A stretch of DNA of 32,000 nucleotides from Ktedonobacterales bacterium (lineage in GTDB: Bacteria; Chloroflexota; Ktedonobacteria; Ktedonobacterales; JADMIN01). Under the pieces are notes generated by a model. The model had not been told where the DNA came from, made no database searches, and was given only the letters and a program-made list of their open reading frames with translations. Shown one piece after another: positions 31,208 to 32,000 of the stretch (position 1 is the stretch's first letter; every line of letters starts with the position of its first letter). The stretch covers positions 4,260,001 to 4,292,000 of the forward strand of contig CP126532.1 of assembly GCA_030167145.1 (NCBI GenBank), read 5' to 3'. Both the position numbers and the translations under genes were made by a program.

Positions 31208-32000
31208 ATGTGGAGCGCGTATCTGAAGATGAGTCCGGTGCGTGTGGCGGCGACACGCACACTCGGCACGGTTTCGCGCCGTGCGTATTACGGGCCGCTG
31301 GCGCCGCTGCGCGCGGGCAGAATCCGCAAGGCGACGCCGCCCGGCAGGCGATGGGTGCGGGTGCGCAACAGTGTGGCGGGGATCGCGGGCGCGGATGTGG
31401 CGCGGGTATATCTGGACGAGGATGGGCGCATTGCGTTGGCGGCGCTGCCCCGGCAGAAGCGCATCTACCTGGGGAGCGAGGTGGCGGGCGAGGTGGTGGA
31501 TGTGGGGCCGGAGGTGGAGTTCTTGCGCGTGGGCGACCGTGTGGCGTATCAACTGGACGTGTGCTGCGCGACGCGGGATATCGAGCCGCCGTGTGAGCAG
31601 TGCGCGGCGGGGAACTATCGTCTCTGTGCGAATCGCTATATGTCTGGGCCGCGCGGGGTGGGCGGTGGCTGGGGTGATGAAATGCTGCTGCATGAGCGGC
31701 AGCTTTTTCTCGTGCCAGACACGCTGGCGGATGAGCAGGCAGCGCTGCTGGAACCAGCGGCGATGGCGCTGCATACGGCGCTGCACCATCTACCACAGCC
31801 AGGCGAGCAGGTGCTGGTGATCGGCGCGGGCACGACGGGCCTGCTGACGATTCAGGCGCTGCGGGTGCTGGCGCCCAGCGCGACGATTGCCGTGCTGGCG
31901 CGGTATCCGTTCCAGGCGAAGATGGCGTGGCAGATGGGGGCGAGCGCACTGCTGGACCCGAAGAAGGACACGGAGGATGTGGTGTCCGCGACGGGCGCAC
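31208..32000 (+). CDS. medium-chain dehydrogenase/reductase (zinc-ADH fold) family protein, 3'-truncated by the window end
   Basis: This ORF runs off the window, is absent from the ORF track, and I translated it by hand. It shows a GroES-like domain, the structural-zinc loop PPCEQCAAGNYRLC, and the Rossmann motif VLVIGAGTTGLLTIQ. I prefer the start ATG 31208 (MWSAYL, GGTGGAGG 10 nt upstream). ATG 31178 is an alternative that would be nearly leaderless. Confidence 0.75.
   Translation, partial: MWSAYLKMSPVRVAATRTLGTVSRRAYYGPLAPLRAGRIRKATPPGRRWVRVRNSVAGIAGADVARVYLDEDGRIALAALPRQKRIYLGSEVAGEVVDVGPEVEFLRVGDRVAYQLDVCCATRDIEPPCEQCAAGNYRLCANRYMSGPRGVGGGWGDEMLLHERQLFLVPDTLADEQAALLEPAAMALHTALHHLPQPGEQVLVIGAGTTGLLTIQALRVLAPSATIAVLARYPFQAKMAWQMGASALLDPKKDTEDVVSATGA

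Overview
High-GC bacterial chromosomal segment. My hand counts of single 60-nt lines give about 68% GC in the flanks. The taxon cannot be assigned from the sequence; gene content and repeat style resemble Chloroflexota or Actinomycetota genomes. I support about 31 protein-coding genes: an XRE regulator, two adjacent two-domain GNAT acetyltransferases, an MFS transporter with a candidate leader peptide, a NUDIX+cupin pair, a HEAT-repeat protein, a DUF4331 plus Tat-signal protein operon, a thiolase/3-hydroxybutyryl-CoA dehydrogenase pair, a GH31 alpha-glucosidase, an LLM oxidoreductase, ferrochelatase plus an RMD1/DUF155 protein, a GAF histidine kinase, a ferredoxin-like protein, an M48 protease, an amidohydrolase and a partial MDR dehydrogenase. 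I saw no rRNA, tRNA, CRISPR array, transposase or integrase gene. The most unusual region is a ~4.1 kb low-GC island (25140-29284; 45-55% GC in the lines I counted). It holds an orphan excisionase-family HTH gene, divergent from a near-consensus promoter. That promoter is followed by 18 perfect tandem copies of the octamer GTGTCCCC and a three-gene operon of exported proteins: a C39-like Cys-peptidase candidate, a membrane-anchored protein and a lipoprotein. The window is also dense in short repeat families. These include GTAG+hairpin REP-like elements all in one orientation, GC-rich palindromic elements read in frame inside the GH31 gene, a ~1 kb intergenic field of 9-bp doublet repeats, and a gene-free ~600 bp structured region bounded by two similar TTTA-loop hairpins. 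Several proteins show degenerate catalytic or ligand motifs: the kinase H-box has Arg for His, the ferredoxin has Asp for Cys, and the MDR lacks catalytic-zinc ligands. All functional calls rest on motif recognition by eye, because no database search was possible.
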